DNA of 64,000 nucleotides from an uncultured Verrucomicrobiae bacterium (GCA_963786135.1 CAWAYF010000025.1:20572-84571); one strand, 5' to 3'; numbered from the stretch's first letter, positions 30,916-43,373 are shown. The notes: generated by a model from the letters alone, not told the origin. A program made the numbers and translations.

Positions 30916-31237
30916 GCGCACGCGCGAGGATAGTCGTTCACGGTTGTTTTCTACGGTTGGTCAATTTTTTGGAGCAAAACTGCGCAAAATCCCGACACGT
31001 GGTGCAAACCACTCCGATGATCGACACCTCTGAAAAACAGGCTATGCAAATGCGCGAAAAACTGCGCAAAAACTCGTTAGGCAATTACAAATCAGGTGCT
31101 CTATCAGGCTTAGACAAGGCCCTAGGGCAAGCTCGGCGGGGACAAAGCATAGGACAGGCGTTTTACAGCGATGGAGCAGGTTCCCTGGGTGGATACGGGG
31201 GTCAATTCTTAAATTCACCGCCCGAACAACGCCTCGG

Positions 31238-31277
31238 GGAGGCGTTATTCTTGGTTCGAGTCCAAGCGGGGCAGCCA
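31238..31277 (+). repeat. partial tRNA-Gln copy (3' 40 nt), putative attR
   Basis: GGAGGCGTTATTCTTGGTTCGAGTCCAAGCGGGGCAGCCA is identical to 22444..22483. Weaker similarity extends about 12 nt further 5'. No acceptor 5' strand or D arm lies upstream. Confidence 0.8.
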
Positions 31278-31443
31278 ATTATCTGCTCGGCGCGGGACTC
31301 GGCAGCGGAAACGCAAATGTTGCCGACGGTGAAGCGGTCGAGGGGACGCTCGCCGATGGCGATGCTGCCGATGGACTCGGCGACGCCGTGGGCGTCGGAG
31401 TCGGCGGCGGCGGAATAATATTTTCCCAGTGATGCAGGGGCAC

Positions 31444-31588
31444 GGTCGCGCCGCCGATTTCCTCAACTAATTTCTGACAGCGTTCCTGGAGCTTGTCTAA
31501 ATTTGGCGGCCAACGGGAGGCGGTCGCGCCGCCGATTTCCTCAACAGTTTCTGACAGCGTTCCTGGAGCTTGTCTAAATTTGGCGGCC
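31444..31588. repeat. 78-bp tandem duplication at the 3' end of the GH75-like gene
   Basis: GGTCGCGCCGCCGATTTCCTCAAC..TTTCTGACAGCGTTCCTGGAGCTTGTCTAAATTTGGCGGCC occurs at 31444.. and 31522... The copies differ by one substitution and one 1-nt indel (CTAAT versus CAGT). Confidence 0.8.
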
Positions 31589-32703
31589 CAAACGGCGTGT
31601 CAGCCGTTCCGGGAAAAATCAAATACGTCACTTTCAATTCGCTGACCGGTCGACTGTAAGGCGTGGATTGGGGATTGATTTCTTTTGCGATCCGAAACGA
31701 GGCTTCGCCAACTTTATCGTTCGGTCCGATGTCTCCAACAATCGCCGGATAAATTCCATCACCGAAAACGACAAGCGCGTAGTCGCCAGTCTTCGCTCCA
31801 TCCCGGTCGTGCGCGAACGCGCCCGGAATCACGATGTAGGGATCGGTCGTGCCGATGAGGAAGCTGTATTTCTGGAGCGTAGTCACTTCGGCCCGCAATT
31901 GCGTGATCGCGTTTCGTAAATCGCGTTTGCGATCCGGCGGAGTTGTCTTTGCATTGAATTCGTCTTCGGCCTTTTTCAACCGGTCTTCGGTGGCGGCGAG
32001 ATACGGATTTGGCGCCGGCGTTTTCTTCGACCAACGATAACTGGTGAACGGCTTGAAGTTCGTCGGCGCACCGGTCCCGACCGGCATCCGGTCGCTATCC
32101 GAACCATCACAATCGACATCCATGTCGGCTTGAAGCAGGAGCGCTTTGCGATGGGTTTGGGGGTGCTGCAATTGCAGGATTGTCTGACAATCGAAGAAGT
32201 TGTGACGTGAGAGCAGCAGATCCAGCCGGCTAAGATTCTCGCGCAGCATTCTGAGCTTCGTGTCGTAGAGCTGAGCGAATAACGGCGAGACCGGCTCGGC
32301 CGGGAGCATCGTTGAGAGCCCGGGCAATAGCTCCGGCAGTTTGGGATTCACCTTCGCCAGTTCTTCGATGGTTCGATTCGGCGTCGGCACGCGCGCCTTC
32401 AATTTTAACTCAATTACGTAACTTTCGGGATCGACGCGCTCAGTGGTTGCATCTGCTCCTGGAGTCGGCTCAACAGTCGAATGCAAAGTGATGCCGCTGA
32501 ATAATCGGCCGGTATCAAGTTTACCGGCAATCACCGGCGGTCGCGTGGGCGACGGCTCCGGAGTCGGGGTCGGCGAAGTTTCTCGCGGCGGCGAAGTATT
32601 GCAAACGCTCCTGCGAAATCCAGCGATACAGAATCAAAGCGAAAATTATCGCCGCCAGGAGAACGACCAGTCTTCGCAACGTCCGCAAACTCAGGTTTGC
32701 CAC
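31497..32703 (-). CDS. membrane-anchored glycoside hydrolase family 75 (chitosanase-like) domain protein; frame break near the 5' end and possibly near the 3' end
   Basis: ORF 31497..32534 contains ADMDVDCDGSD, PYIVIPG and GDYALVVFGDGIYPAIVGDIGPNDKVGEASFRIA, which match GH75 signatures. ORF 32521..32703 supplies a TM anchor (RLVVLLAAIIFALILY). With a 1-nt repair in the duplicated block, the frame runs on to TAA 31279..31281. Confidence 0.65.
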
Positions 32704-32706
32704 GGA

Positions 32707-33024
32707 TTACTTTTTCAGCCAGGCGATGATTGCCACCACGATCCCGATCACGCTCAGGATCGACATCAGGCCGGCCGGCATCGCTTTGCCGGTGCGAATG
32801 AATTTCGGGATGAATTGCGCGGCCAGCAGGAATGAAACGATCAGCGCAATGACGATTCCAATCACCCGGTTCGTCGGCAAAATCCAACCGGCGACAAGTA
32901 GCAAAACGCCTGTGACCACGCCGGCGATGATTGACGGCAAACTGCCGGCCTTCACATAACCGATCACCCCGCCGATGATTGTCAGTGCGCCGAAGATGAG
33001 AAAGTAAAGCTGCGTCGCGTCCAC
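32707..33024 (-). CDS. TMEM14/UPF0136 family membrane protein
   Basis: 105 aa with four hydrophobic helices. LIFGALTIIGGVIGYVKAGSLPSIIAG is typical of the family. Confidence 0.7.
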   Translation of the reverse strand: MDATQLYFLIFGALTIIGGVIGYVKAGSLPSIIAGVVTGVLLLVAGWILPTNRVIGIVIALIVSFLLAAQFIPKFIRTGKAMPAGLMSILSVIGIVVAIIAWLKK

Positions 33025-33162
33025 GTGTAAGCTTGGGACTCGTAATCCAACCAGCCCACACTGTCCAGCCGCGCCGTTACTTCGTCTCGAGGCTTCCAGC
33101 CGGACTGGCTGTGCGATTCACTTGGCCAATGCCAGAGCGCGACGCGTCTGCTACATTCGCAA

Positions 33163-34491
<1,329 letters not shown>

Positions 34492-34640
34492 ACGCCGTTG
34501 GAGCTGGCGCCGTCTCTGGCGGCGGGGTCTTCCAATCGGCCGATTGGGAGATCGGTACCTAAAACAGGAGCGAACCAATTGAACCTCAAAGTTGCAGATC
34601 TTCGGTTTCCTGCATAAATAGTGCTTCCCCTCGAATCGAG

Positions 34641-35364
34641 ATGAAACGTCTGCTCCTCGTTTGCATGTTGTTGATCCTGCCGTGGATGGCGAACGGCGAT
34701 AACGTTCCGAAAGGCGAATGGGTCCTGCTCGTCGGCGGTCCCTCGCTCAAGGAATGGGAACAATACAAAGCAGCAACCGCACGATCATTGGTGGGCGAAC
34801 TTCGTTCGGGCCGCGCGTTTGCGGACCGAGCAACTGCGCGACGGCCTCGGGCCGGACGCGCCAATCACCTGGCTTGTTTACAAGCAGGGCTACATCGATC
34901 GGGCCGCCCAGGAAAAACAAGATCTCATCGCGTTCATCGGAACCATTCGCGACAAATTCAATCTCAAACTCGTCTGGATCAAAAACGGCGATGACGTCAT
35001 CAATTATTTGAACAACGGCCATGACCGTAAACAGTTGAAGGTCGCGGGATTTGAATATTTCGGACACTCGAACCGCGCCTGTTTCATGTTCGACTACAGC
35101 AGCAACGTCGACAGCGCGTCGAAATCGTTCCTGCACGAATCCCAGCTGCGCGAAATCCACGGCAACATCTTCGCCAAAAACGCCTACGTTCAGAGCTGGG
35201 GCTGTCACACCGGCGAAGAGATGAGCGCGTGGTTTTATCACGCCACCGGGATCAAGATGATCGGCGCACTCGGCAAAACGCAGTTCATGATGGAAGAGCT
35301 TCCCATTCTCACCTCAGAGGGCGGCAAGTGGGTGACTGCGCCGGAAAAGATGCCTAACAACTAA
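34641..35364 (+). CDS. secreted hypothetical protein, one frame break
   Basis: The signal peptide MKRLLLVCMLLILPWMANG lies in ORF 34641... The body lies in ORF 34819..35364, and the junction is near 34780. Confidence 0.5.
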
Positions 35365-35406
35365 CGTTGTTTTTCTTACAGCCGGTCAGATTGGCAATAA
35401 GCAGGC

Positions 35407-35655
35407 TTGAAATTTGCAGCCAAATCATGGATGGAAGTGCGAACCCAAGTGATGAAAACCGATGACCAGAGAGGAATCAGCGTAATTCTCCTTTACAGCG
35501 CGCTGCTGTTTGCGCTCATCGGCTGGGCCGGTGGAATGAAGGCCGAATACCATTACCGGGCGGAAATCTCCTATGGCAGTTTTGCCATCGCGGCCGTGCT
35601 GGCAGGGCTTGCGGTCTTGCTCTTCCTGTTTTCGTTGGGCAAGCGACGCGGCTAG
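35407..35655 (+). CDS. small two-TM membrane protein (hypothetical)
   Basis: 82-aa ORF with two hydrophobic helices. It has no recognisable family, and the start is uncertain. Confidence 0.35.
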   Translation: MKFAAKSWMEVRTQVMKTDDQRGISVILLYSALLFALIGWAGGMKAEYHYRAEISYGSFAIAAVLAGLAVLLFLFSLGKRRG

Positions 35656-35705
35656 CAACGCGACGTTGCATCCGGTTCTGCCGTCAACACTAGGAAAACA
35701 CGCGT

Positions 35706-36321
35706 TCAACCAAAGCGAACGCGCTCCCCATCGATCTGCGCGCCGCGCTTCAGAAAGAATTCGCGAATTTCGGGCAGAAAATATCGCCCATCCTTGCCGG
35801 AATTAATTTCCAATAGGATCTGGCCGCCTGGCTTTAGATGCCGGTTCAGGTCGTTCAGAAAAAATTCCCATTCGTCCGGCTTCCAACCGCGGGTTTCATC
35901 AGCATTGCGATTGAACGCGGCCGAGAATGCGGTGATGAGATCGAATGTCCGCCCGAAATCTGGCAACGGCTCGAAGGCGCGTATCCGCCAGGTGAGCCGA
36001 TCGACTCCGAAGAGCTCAATCAATTCGTTGGAGAGCGAATAATCGCCAACGTCAAGGCCGAGGCAGCCATGGCCAAACTGTTTCGCCAGAAAAAGAAAAA
36101 AACCCGCCGCCACAGCCAAGATCGAGAATTTGCCTTGGCTCAGAGCGATCGAGTTCCAGTTGCTGGATGCGCGGACGATTGATCTCCAGCCAACGGGAGA
36201 CATCTGCATACTTCGCGTAACGAGAGTCGGAACCACTGTGGCGCCGTTGAATTGCGCTCAACCGTTCGACGTCGATTTTCGCGACGATCTGATTCATATC
36301 TAAGCGCCTGCCGAATTTCAC
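35706..36321 (-). CDS. class I SAM-dependent methyltransferase, paralog of 11509..12192, one frame break
   Basis: ORF 36052..36321 (..RWLEINRPRIQQLELDRSEPRQILDLGCGGGFF) plus ORF 35706..36236 (..FDLITAFSAAFNRNADETRGWKPDEWEFFLNDLNRHLKPGGQILL..FLKRGAQIDGERVRFG) align along their whole length with the 227-aa protein at 11509. Confidence 0.65.
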
Positions 36322-36473
36322 GAACCGGATCTTAAATGGCCGGGCCCTGAATGTCGCTTCGACAATTGCGTCGGTGGCCTGACCTGTGACCCTACAGATG
36401 GTTGCGTAAAAAAATTAGACGGCGGCGGCCATTTCTAGCCTACCGCCGTCCTCTCCCCCATGACCCTGAGGCT

Positions 36474-36864
36474 TTATTGAGTCATCGCGCTGTGCAGTTC
36501 CTGCATTGCATTATGCAGGTCCTGTTTCGCTTTTTGGATCGCGTCGAACTTTGACTGCTGGTCCGCCGTCAACATCGGGCGAATCTGGGACATTGTTTTG
36601 TCCATGATCGCCTGAGTCTTTTGCATGGCATCCTTGTGGATGGCAATGATCTGCGGCTTGGCCTGATCCAGTAACGGTTGAATCTTCGTCTGTTGGTCAG
36701 CGCGTCAGATTCAATGACTTGGTCAGCTGTTGCACGCCAAATTGGTGCCCGCGGAAGCCGTGATGACCGGCGGGAGCGCCGGTTCCGTCTTGCGCGTTAA
36801 CCAATGCGAAGCCACCCAGCGCAATCGCGCTCGCGGCCGCGAGTGTAAGTAAGTTTCGTTTCAT
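36474..36864 (-). CDS. periplasmic LTXXQ-motif (Spy/CpxP-like) protein, one frame break
   Basis: Signal peptide MKRNLLTLAAASAIALGGFALVNA. After a break near 36700, manual translation gives QQTKIQPLLDQAKPQIIAIHKDAMQKTQAIMDKTMSQIRPMLTADQQSKFDAIQKAKQDLHNAMQELHSAMTQ*. Confidence 0.6.
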
Positions 36865-36983
36865 ATTTGTTTCCCATTTTCCAGTTCGGCCCATTTTCAT
36901 GGGCTGTTTGATATTGGTGACGGAGCGATGCGGGTTTTGGTTACAGATTTTTTATTTGCTGCCGTTCCAACGCATGACAAACG

Positions 36984-37089
36984 GCAAATCCCAATGGCCA
37001 AACTCCAAACGCCCCGGTTTGAAACGCCGCGGCCAAGACCTTTGCTACTTGCAATTTTGGAGTCGGAGTATTTGGAGCTTGGGATTTGG
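36984..37089. repeat. R1 palindromic intergenic element (GGGATTTGG family), copy a
   Basis: CAAATCCCAATGGCCAAACTCCAAACG ... TTTGGAGCTTGGGATTTGG. The arms are inverted, and the element lies about 60 nt upstream of the ECF sigma gene. Confidence 0.6.
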
Positions 37090-37149
37090 TGCGTTTATTC
37101 GTAACCAAAATGCCTCCGCCCGCGTCTTTACGTGTAGCGTGGATACGAT

Positions 37150-37737
37150 TTGGACATGGATGATCCTGAACCTGATGCGCTGGTTCAAGCCGCTCTTCGG
37201 CATGACGACGAAGCGGCTCGTGAACTGGTGCGCCGACTCTATCCGCTTGTCGCGAAAATGGTGCGGTCCCACCGGCCGAGACGAACTCCTGAAGAGGATC
37301 TTTGCCAAATGATTTTCATCAAAGTTTTTCAGAAACTCTCTCAGTTTTCCGGCAAAGTTCCGCTGGAACATTGGGTCTCACGCATCGCCGTGAACACCTG
37401 CCTCAGCCAGATCGAAGCCGAAAGAGTGCGACCGGAGTTGCGCCACGCGGATTTGAGTGAGGAAGAGGAAGCTGTCGTCAAGAACCTCGCAGTCGCGTCG
37501 GACGAGCTCGCGCCGGACCGTCAGTTGGCCTCCCGCCAGCTGGTCGAACATCTGCTGGAGTTTCTCAAACCGGTTGAACGTCTGGTGGTCGATTTGCTTT
37601 ACTTACAGGGTCGTTCGGTTGAAGAAATCCACAAAATTACCGGGCTCGGCGTTGCCGCCATTAAGGTGCGGGCGTTCCGGGCGCGGCAAAAGATGAAAAC
37701 CCAAATGGCAAAGATTGGAGCCGGAACAAGCCTATGA
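37150..37737 (+). CDS. ECF-type RNA polymerase sigma-70 family factor
   Basis: 195 aa with region 2 (LVRRLYPLVAKMVRSH...QMIFIKVFQKLSQF...EHWVSRIAVNTC) and region 4 (ERLVVDLLYLQGRSVEEIHKITGLGVAAIKVRAFRARQKM). Confidence 0.8.
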   Translation: MDMDDPEPDALVQAALRHDDEAARELVRRLYPLVAKMVRSHRPRRTPEEDLCQMIFIKVFQKLSQFSGKVPLEHWVSRIAVNTCLSQIEAERVRPELRHADLSEEEEAVVKNLAVASDELAPDRQLASRQLVEHLLEFLKPVERLVVDLLYLQGRSVEEIHKITGLGVAAIKVRAFRARQKMKTQMAKIGAGTSL

Positions 37738-38030
37738 ACGATTTCGACCTCGATAGGCTGCTGCGAAGTGCGGCCCGCGTTAAAGACGATGCGCCGGTCG
37801 AAATGCCATTCGGCTTCGACACCCGCATCATCGCTCTTTCGCGCAGAAACGGAAACGGCTCCGCCATGGCGCGGCTGTTGCGCCGGGTCGCGCTGGTCGC
37901 TGCAACCGTAATTGTTTTTGCCAGCGCCGGCGCTTACCTGGAATTCGACCGCAGCACGGACGCCATCGTATCGTCCGCTAACGAATTCGCTATTGCTGAC
38001 TCCGCTATTCAGGACGAAGTGGCGCAATGA
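37734..38030 (+). CDS. putative anti-sigma factor (single TM)
   Basis: 98 aa, overlaps the sigma gene stop (ATGA), and has one TM helix (VALVAATVIVFASAGAY). Assigned by position only. Confidence 0.5.
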   Translation: MNDFDLDRLLRSAARVKDDAPVEMPFGFDTRIIALSRRNGNGSAMARLLRRVALVAATVIVFASAGAYLEFDRSTDAIVSSANEFAIADSAIQDEVAQ

Positions 38031-38455
38031 ATAGCGCGCTCAAGTGGAAATTAATCGCCGGTTTTCTGCTGGTGTTCATCGCCGGTTGCGCCGCTGGTGT
38101 ATTCCTGACGATGACGATCGGCCACCAATTCATGTTTGGTCAGCATCCGCCGGTTGGACCCGCGTTGAAGAATCGTTTGCGCTGGCAACTACGCTTGACC
38201 GACGAACAAATGACGAAGATTTCGCCGATCATCGATAAGACAAGCGCACAGCTCGAAGAAATCCGCGGTGACACCGGTAAGCGCGTTCGCGACGTGATTG
38301 CCGAATCACATCAAGAGATCGCGCAGTACCTCACTCCTGAGCAACAGCAACGGCTGAAACAGATGGAAGAGCGACGGCGGAATTGGATGCAACAGCATCG
38401 CGGCTCGTGGCAGCACCGAAACGGCACCCCGACTCCCGAAACATCACCTCAATGA
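38027..38455 (+). CDS. membrane-anchored LTXXQ-motif (Spy/CpxP/ZraP-like) periplasmic protein
   Basis: 142 aa with an anchor (LIAGFLLVFIAGCAAGVFL) and the motifs LRLTDEQMTKI and YLTPEQQQRL. It overlaps the upstream stop. Confidence 0.6.
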   Translation: MNSALKWKLIAGFLLVFIAGCAAGVFLTMTIGHQFMFGQHPPVGPALKNRLRWQLRLTDEQMTKISPIIDKTSAQLEEIRGDTGKRVRDVIAESHQEIAQYLTPEQQQRLKQMEERRRNWMQQHRGSWQHRNGTPTPETSPQ

Positions 38456-38462
38456 GAGGTGA

Positions 38463-39107
38463 TTATTTCGCAGCCTTCGCCAGCAAGTCGCGCACTTCCT
38501 CGTCGCTCGTCTGCGAGAAATCTTCGTAGTACTGGCCGACCGCCTGGAAAGATTCCGGAGCGCTGGCGCAAACGACTTCATCCGCGACGTCTTCGAACTC
38601 GCGGCAGGTTTCCGGGGGACCAACCGGCACTGCGACGACAATTTTTGCCGCGCCCCGTTGCCGCAAAGCCTTCACCGCAGCCCGCATCGTAGCGCCCGTA
38701 GCGAGACCATCGTCGATCAGAATGACCGTGCGGCCGGTAATTTCCGGCGCTGGCCGGCCGTCGCGATATTCATGTTCCCGGCGCTCGAGTTCGGCGGTTT
38801 CCCGTTGCGTAACCGCTTCGATGATTTCTTCCGCGTTCGGCAAAGCGGCCACGACATCTTCATTCAAAACCCGCACTCCACCGGACGCAATCGCTCCGAC
38901 CGCGAGCTCTTCAAATCCGGGCACACCGAGTTTGCGCACGATAAAAACATCCAGCGGAACACGCAGCGCTTGTGCAACTTCGTATGCAACTGGAACTCCG
39001 CCGCGCGGAAGTCCCAGCACGATCACATCATCGCGCCCCGAATATTTGCTGAGTTTGGTCGCCAGAAATCGTCCGGCTTCGGAGCGATTTGGAAAAGCGC
39101 CTTCCAT
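38463..39107 (-). CDS. phosphoribosyltransferase-family protein
   Basis: Intact 214 aa with the PRPP-binding motif [17 protein letters not shown]. Confidence 0.7.
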   Translation of the reverse strand: MEGAFPNRSEAGRFLATKLSKYSGRDDVIVLGLPRGGVPVAYEVAQALRVPLDVFIVRKLGVPGFEELAVGAIASGGVRVLNEDVVAALPNAEEIIEAVTQRETAELERREHEYRDGRPAPEITGRTVILIDDGLATGATMRAAVKALRQRGAAKIVVAVPVGPPETCREFEDVADEVVCASAPESFQAVGQYYEDFSQTSDEEVRDLLAKAAK

Positions 39108-39114
39108 GCGACGA

Positions 39115-39666
39115 TCAGCTTTTACCGCGAATAACGTCGCTCAGCGGAACCATTTCGGCGATCGGCTGGCTTGATTCGATATAATCGCGAAAGCCGGGCG
39201 CGAAGGCGGCGCGCCGCAATTGCCACCAGCTCTGCACTCCCGGAAGGTGAAAGTACATTCGCGCGTAAGCGTCCCACCCTTCCCATTGCTGCGCGTCCAG
39301 CGTCCCCTGGCGTTTTTGAAACCACGCGTTTTCGGAAAGCTTGAAGACCGCGAGCAAAACAGCGACGGTCCGTGCCCGGTCCTCGTCGCTGGCACCGTCC
39401 CAATCCTTGATCACGCGAGTGAATGCGCGGGTAAATTCGACGTCGTGCGCTTGCGGCCCAAGCAGCTCCATCAGCGACCTGGTCAGCGAATCGACCACGA
39501 CCGATTTCTGCGAGCGGGTGTTTTGACGAATTTGCACCGCTAGATAAAACAACGACGCGACAACGCCAATCGCCGCGATCAATTGCGCGATCGCGTTGAT
39601 CGTTTCCAGCTTCACGCCCGACCTTTTACCAAACGACATCGCATCTGACGACGCCATTCTGGTCAC
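39115..39666 (-). CDS. hypothetical single-TM membrane protein
   Basis: Intact 183-aa ORF with one TM helix ([20 protein letters not shown]). No family was recognised. Confidence 0.45.
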   Translation of the reverse strand: MTRMASSDAMSFGKRSGVKLETINAIAQLIAAIGVVASLFYLAVQIRQNTRSQKSVVVDSLTRSLMELLGPQAHDVEFTRAFTRVIKDWDGASDEDRARTVAVLLAVFKLSENAWFQKRQGTLDAQQWEGWDAYARMYFHLPGVQSWWQLRRAAFAPGFRDYIESSQPIAEMVPLSDVIRGKS

Positions 39667-39693
39667 TTCGTCACATCGCCACTGGTCACTCTC

Positions 39694-41186
39694 TTATCGC
39701 GGCATCGGCTGTTCCGCGTTCGCCATGGCGTAGGCCCATACCGCCACGATTGCCGACGTTTCCGCCAGGTTTTTCGGATCGATCTTGTCGAGCGTGTCCG
39801 CCGCCGTGTGGTGATAATTAAAGTAAAACCGGCCATCCTGAATCGGCGCGAACGATGGCACGCCCGCCTTTTCCAGCGGTTCGATGTCGGCGCCTGCGTG
39901 CTCGCTCAATTCAAGGGCGCCAGCGCCCGACTCTTGCAAGTATCGCCGCGACCGGTTTCAACAGCGTCTTCACTTCCAGCTTTGCTTTGACGTGAAGCCC
40001 AACCGGATGATCGGCGCCGTTATCCGTCTCCATTGCGGCGAAATGGTTCGCCCAATCTTTCTCGTGATCCTTGGCATACTGCTTGGAGCCGCGCGTCCCG
40101 TTCTCTTCGTTCATCCACGCGATCACGCGGATCGTGCGTTTCGGTTTCAAATTCAACTTGTGGACGAGGTTCGCAGCTTCCATTGAAACCGCCACGCCCG
40201 CGCCGTCGTCGATCGCGCCGGTTCCCAGGTCCCACGAATCGAGATGGCCGGAAACAATCACGACTTGTTCCGGATGTTCGCTGCCCCTGATGTCGCCGAT
40301 CACATTTGCGCTTTCAACGTCCGGCAATGTTTGCGGCGTTAGCACAAGTTTCATTTTCACGGGACCCTGCTTCACCAGATCGGCAATCAGGTCCGCGTCT
40401 TCGCTCGTGACCGCGCCCGCGGGAATTTTCGGGGCCTCATCCGCATACCTTGTCGATCCGGTGTGCGGAATGCGATATTCGGCGCCGCCAACCGAACGAA
40501 TCAGGCATGCGACTGCGCCCTGCCGCGCTGCCGCGCTTGGCCCGTCGCTTCGATAAGTAACCGCTTCGCCATAGGCTTCGCCGCTGCGTCCTACCGCGGC
40601 CAACTGTTTGTCGAACGAATAAGTGAAAAGCACGATCTTACCCGCGACCTTGTCGCGCGGCATGGCTTTCAATTCGTCGAAATTTTTTACAGCAACGACA
40701 TCCGCGGTGATTCCCTCTTTCGGAGTGGCGACGCTTCCGCCGAGCGCGCAAAGCACAATCTTCTGAGTCGTGCCTTCCGCCATTCCCGGAAACTGAACCA
40801 GCGCGGCGGTTTCTTCGCCGCGGACCCAGTGCGGCACCATCGTCTTCTCGAGCTGCACTTCGCAGCCGATCGCTTTCAATTCGCCCGCCACATACTCAAC
40901 CGCTTTCGCCGCTTGCGCCGAACCACTCAATCGCGGTCCGATGTTGTCCGATAAATGCGCCACTTCGCGGTATGCGTAATCGCTGCTGAGGGCAGCTTGT
41001 TGCAGTCGCTTCAGATCAGCGAGCGTTTGGGTAGAGAAAACGACCGGCGTGGCGGTCGGCGATGGGGTTGCCGACGCCTCATCATTCTCTCCGGGAGAAG
41101 TTTTTGCCACCGGTTCGGCAGACTTTAGCCAATCCGACAGTTGTCAGCAAAAACCCGACACCAAGAATGTATCGCCACTTCGTCAT
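39694..41186 (-). CDS. M28-family aminopeptidase (lipoprotein/secreted), two frame breaks
   Basis: Manual signal segment MTKWRYILGVGFLLTTVGLAKVC from ATG 41186. The core ORF 39911..41110 has IVSGHLDSWDLGTGAIDDGAGV and WMNEENG. The C-terminal piece, ORF 39694..39939, has NYHHTAADTLDKI. Confidence 0.75.
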
Positions 41187-41230
41187 CCAACGAAAATGTA
41201 GAGTTCCGCGTGAATGACAAGCGTTACAAA

Positions 41231-41287
41231 AGAAGTTGATGGTTGATAGAACGCTTCGCTGCGCTTGCTTTGGTTGAGAGTTACGGA
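41231..41287 (+). repeat. R2 intergenic repeat, copy 1
   Basis: AGAAGTTGATGGTTGATAGAACGCTTCGCTGCGCTTGCTTTGGTTGAGAGTTACGG. Confidence 0.65.
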
Positions 41288-41338
41288 CCGAGCTAGACAG
41301 AATTTACAAAATTATCAGTTAAATCCCTCGAATCCGCG

Positions 41339-41770
41339 TTATTTGATCCTTCCTTCATCGAAATCGATCAGATCCGGGATCGTCACGATGTCACTGCGAT
41401 CGGCGATTCCCATCTCCTTTTTTCGCTGTTCCAATCGCGGCGTCACACGGTCGCGCCAACCGAGCTTGGAACCGAAGCCGTTCCAGACGAACAAATCGCC
41501 TTCGTTTGGACGCCTGCCTTTTTCGAAACACCATTCCAAAATCTCTTCATCCGTGCCGCCTTGTTTTACCCGCTCGATCAATTCGTCATGATCCACCCGC
41601 AGAAAATTGCAGCAGGTGCTGTCGGCAGTTCCAGGCGCGCCAAAGTTCTCCTGATAATCCTTGTCCAGTTCGCCGCGCAAATGCAGCCGAATCTTGTCCA
41701 GCATTCTCGGGAAATACATTACCCCCTTGGTCATCTCCTTCGGGCTTTTCGGAAATTTACGCGTTGTCAT
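41339..41770 (-). CDS. DUF5069 domain protein
   Basis: From internal Met MTTRKFPKSPKEMTKGVMYFPRMLDKIRLHLRGEL...DEEILEWCFEKGRRPNEGDLFVWN, which matches the DUF5069 pattern. Confidence 0.7.
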   Translation of the reverse strand: MTTRKFPKSPKEMTKGVMYFPRMLDKIRLHLRGELDKDYQENFGAPGTADSTCCNFLRVDHDELIERVKQGGTDEEILEWCFEKGRRPNEGDLFVWNGFGSKLGWRDRVTPRLEQRKKEMGIADRSDIVTIPDLIDFDEGRIK

Positions 41771-41796
41771 GAGGCACTGATTATCCGTCGGCTCAC

Positions 41797-41854
41797 CCGC
41801 AACTCTCAACTAAAGCGAGGCGACGCCGAGCGTTCTATCAACAATCAACTCTTC
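41797..41854 (-). repeat. R2 intergenic repeat, copy 2 (inverted relative to copy 1)
   Basis: The reverse complement AAGAAGAGTTGATTGTTGATAGAACGCTCGGCGTCGCCTCGCTTTAGTTGAGAGTTGCGG aligns with copy 1 over about 58 nt, with several substitutions and a 2-nt indel. Confidence 0.65.
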
Positions 41855-43233
<1,379 letters not shown>

Positions 43234-43274
43234 TGCCAGAAGATCGCTGTCTCAGCAAATCCAACCCCTATCCC

Positions 43275-43371
43275 GAAGGAACCCAAGAACGCAGGAACTT
43301 AGAAGGGTACTGTGCAATCCGATTGATCCGCGGCTAAGAGAATTCCTGCTTTCCTTGCTTTCCTCAGAGAT
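43275..43371. repeat. R3 composite leader repeat, copy a
   Basis: 8-nt periodic GAAGGAAC/CCAAGAAC/GCAGGAAC, then ATCCGCGGCTAAGAGAATTCCTGCTTT and TTCCTCAGAGAT. It lies between the AstE-like stop and the gdhA start. Confidence 0.5.
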
Positions 43372-43373
43372 CC

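Larger units (their letters stand above)
22484..31277. mobile_element. putative degenerate genomic island integrated at the 3' end of tRNA-Gln; no integrase found
   Basis: Bounded by a perfect 40-bp direct repeat (22444..22483 and 31238..31277). The content is entirely accessory, and the right end carries an orphan gene fragment. Confidence 0.5.

Noticed and set aside
31060-31135. A tRNA-like stretch on the minus strand (GCCTGATAGAGCACCTGATTTGTAATTGCC) resembling the D arm and anticodon arm of a tRNA-Thr(UGU).
   Set aside because: The anticodon stem does not pair, and no T arm or acceptor stem follows. At best it is a decayed remnant and cannot be supported as a gene.
22484-31237. Search for an integrase, excisionase or transposase that would make the tRNA-flanked island a complete mobile element.
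   Set aside because: No six-frame ORF in the interval shows tyrosine-recombinase (R..HxxR..Y), serine-recombinase or DDE-like features. The island is therefore reported only as degenerate and putative.
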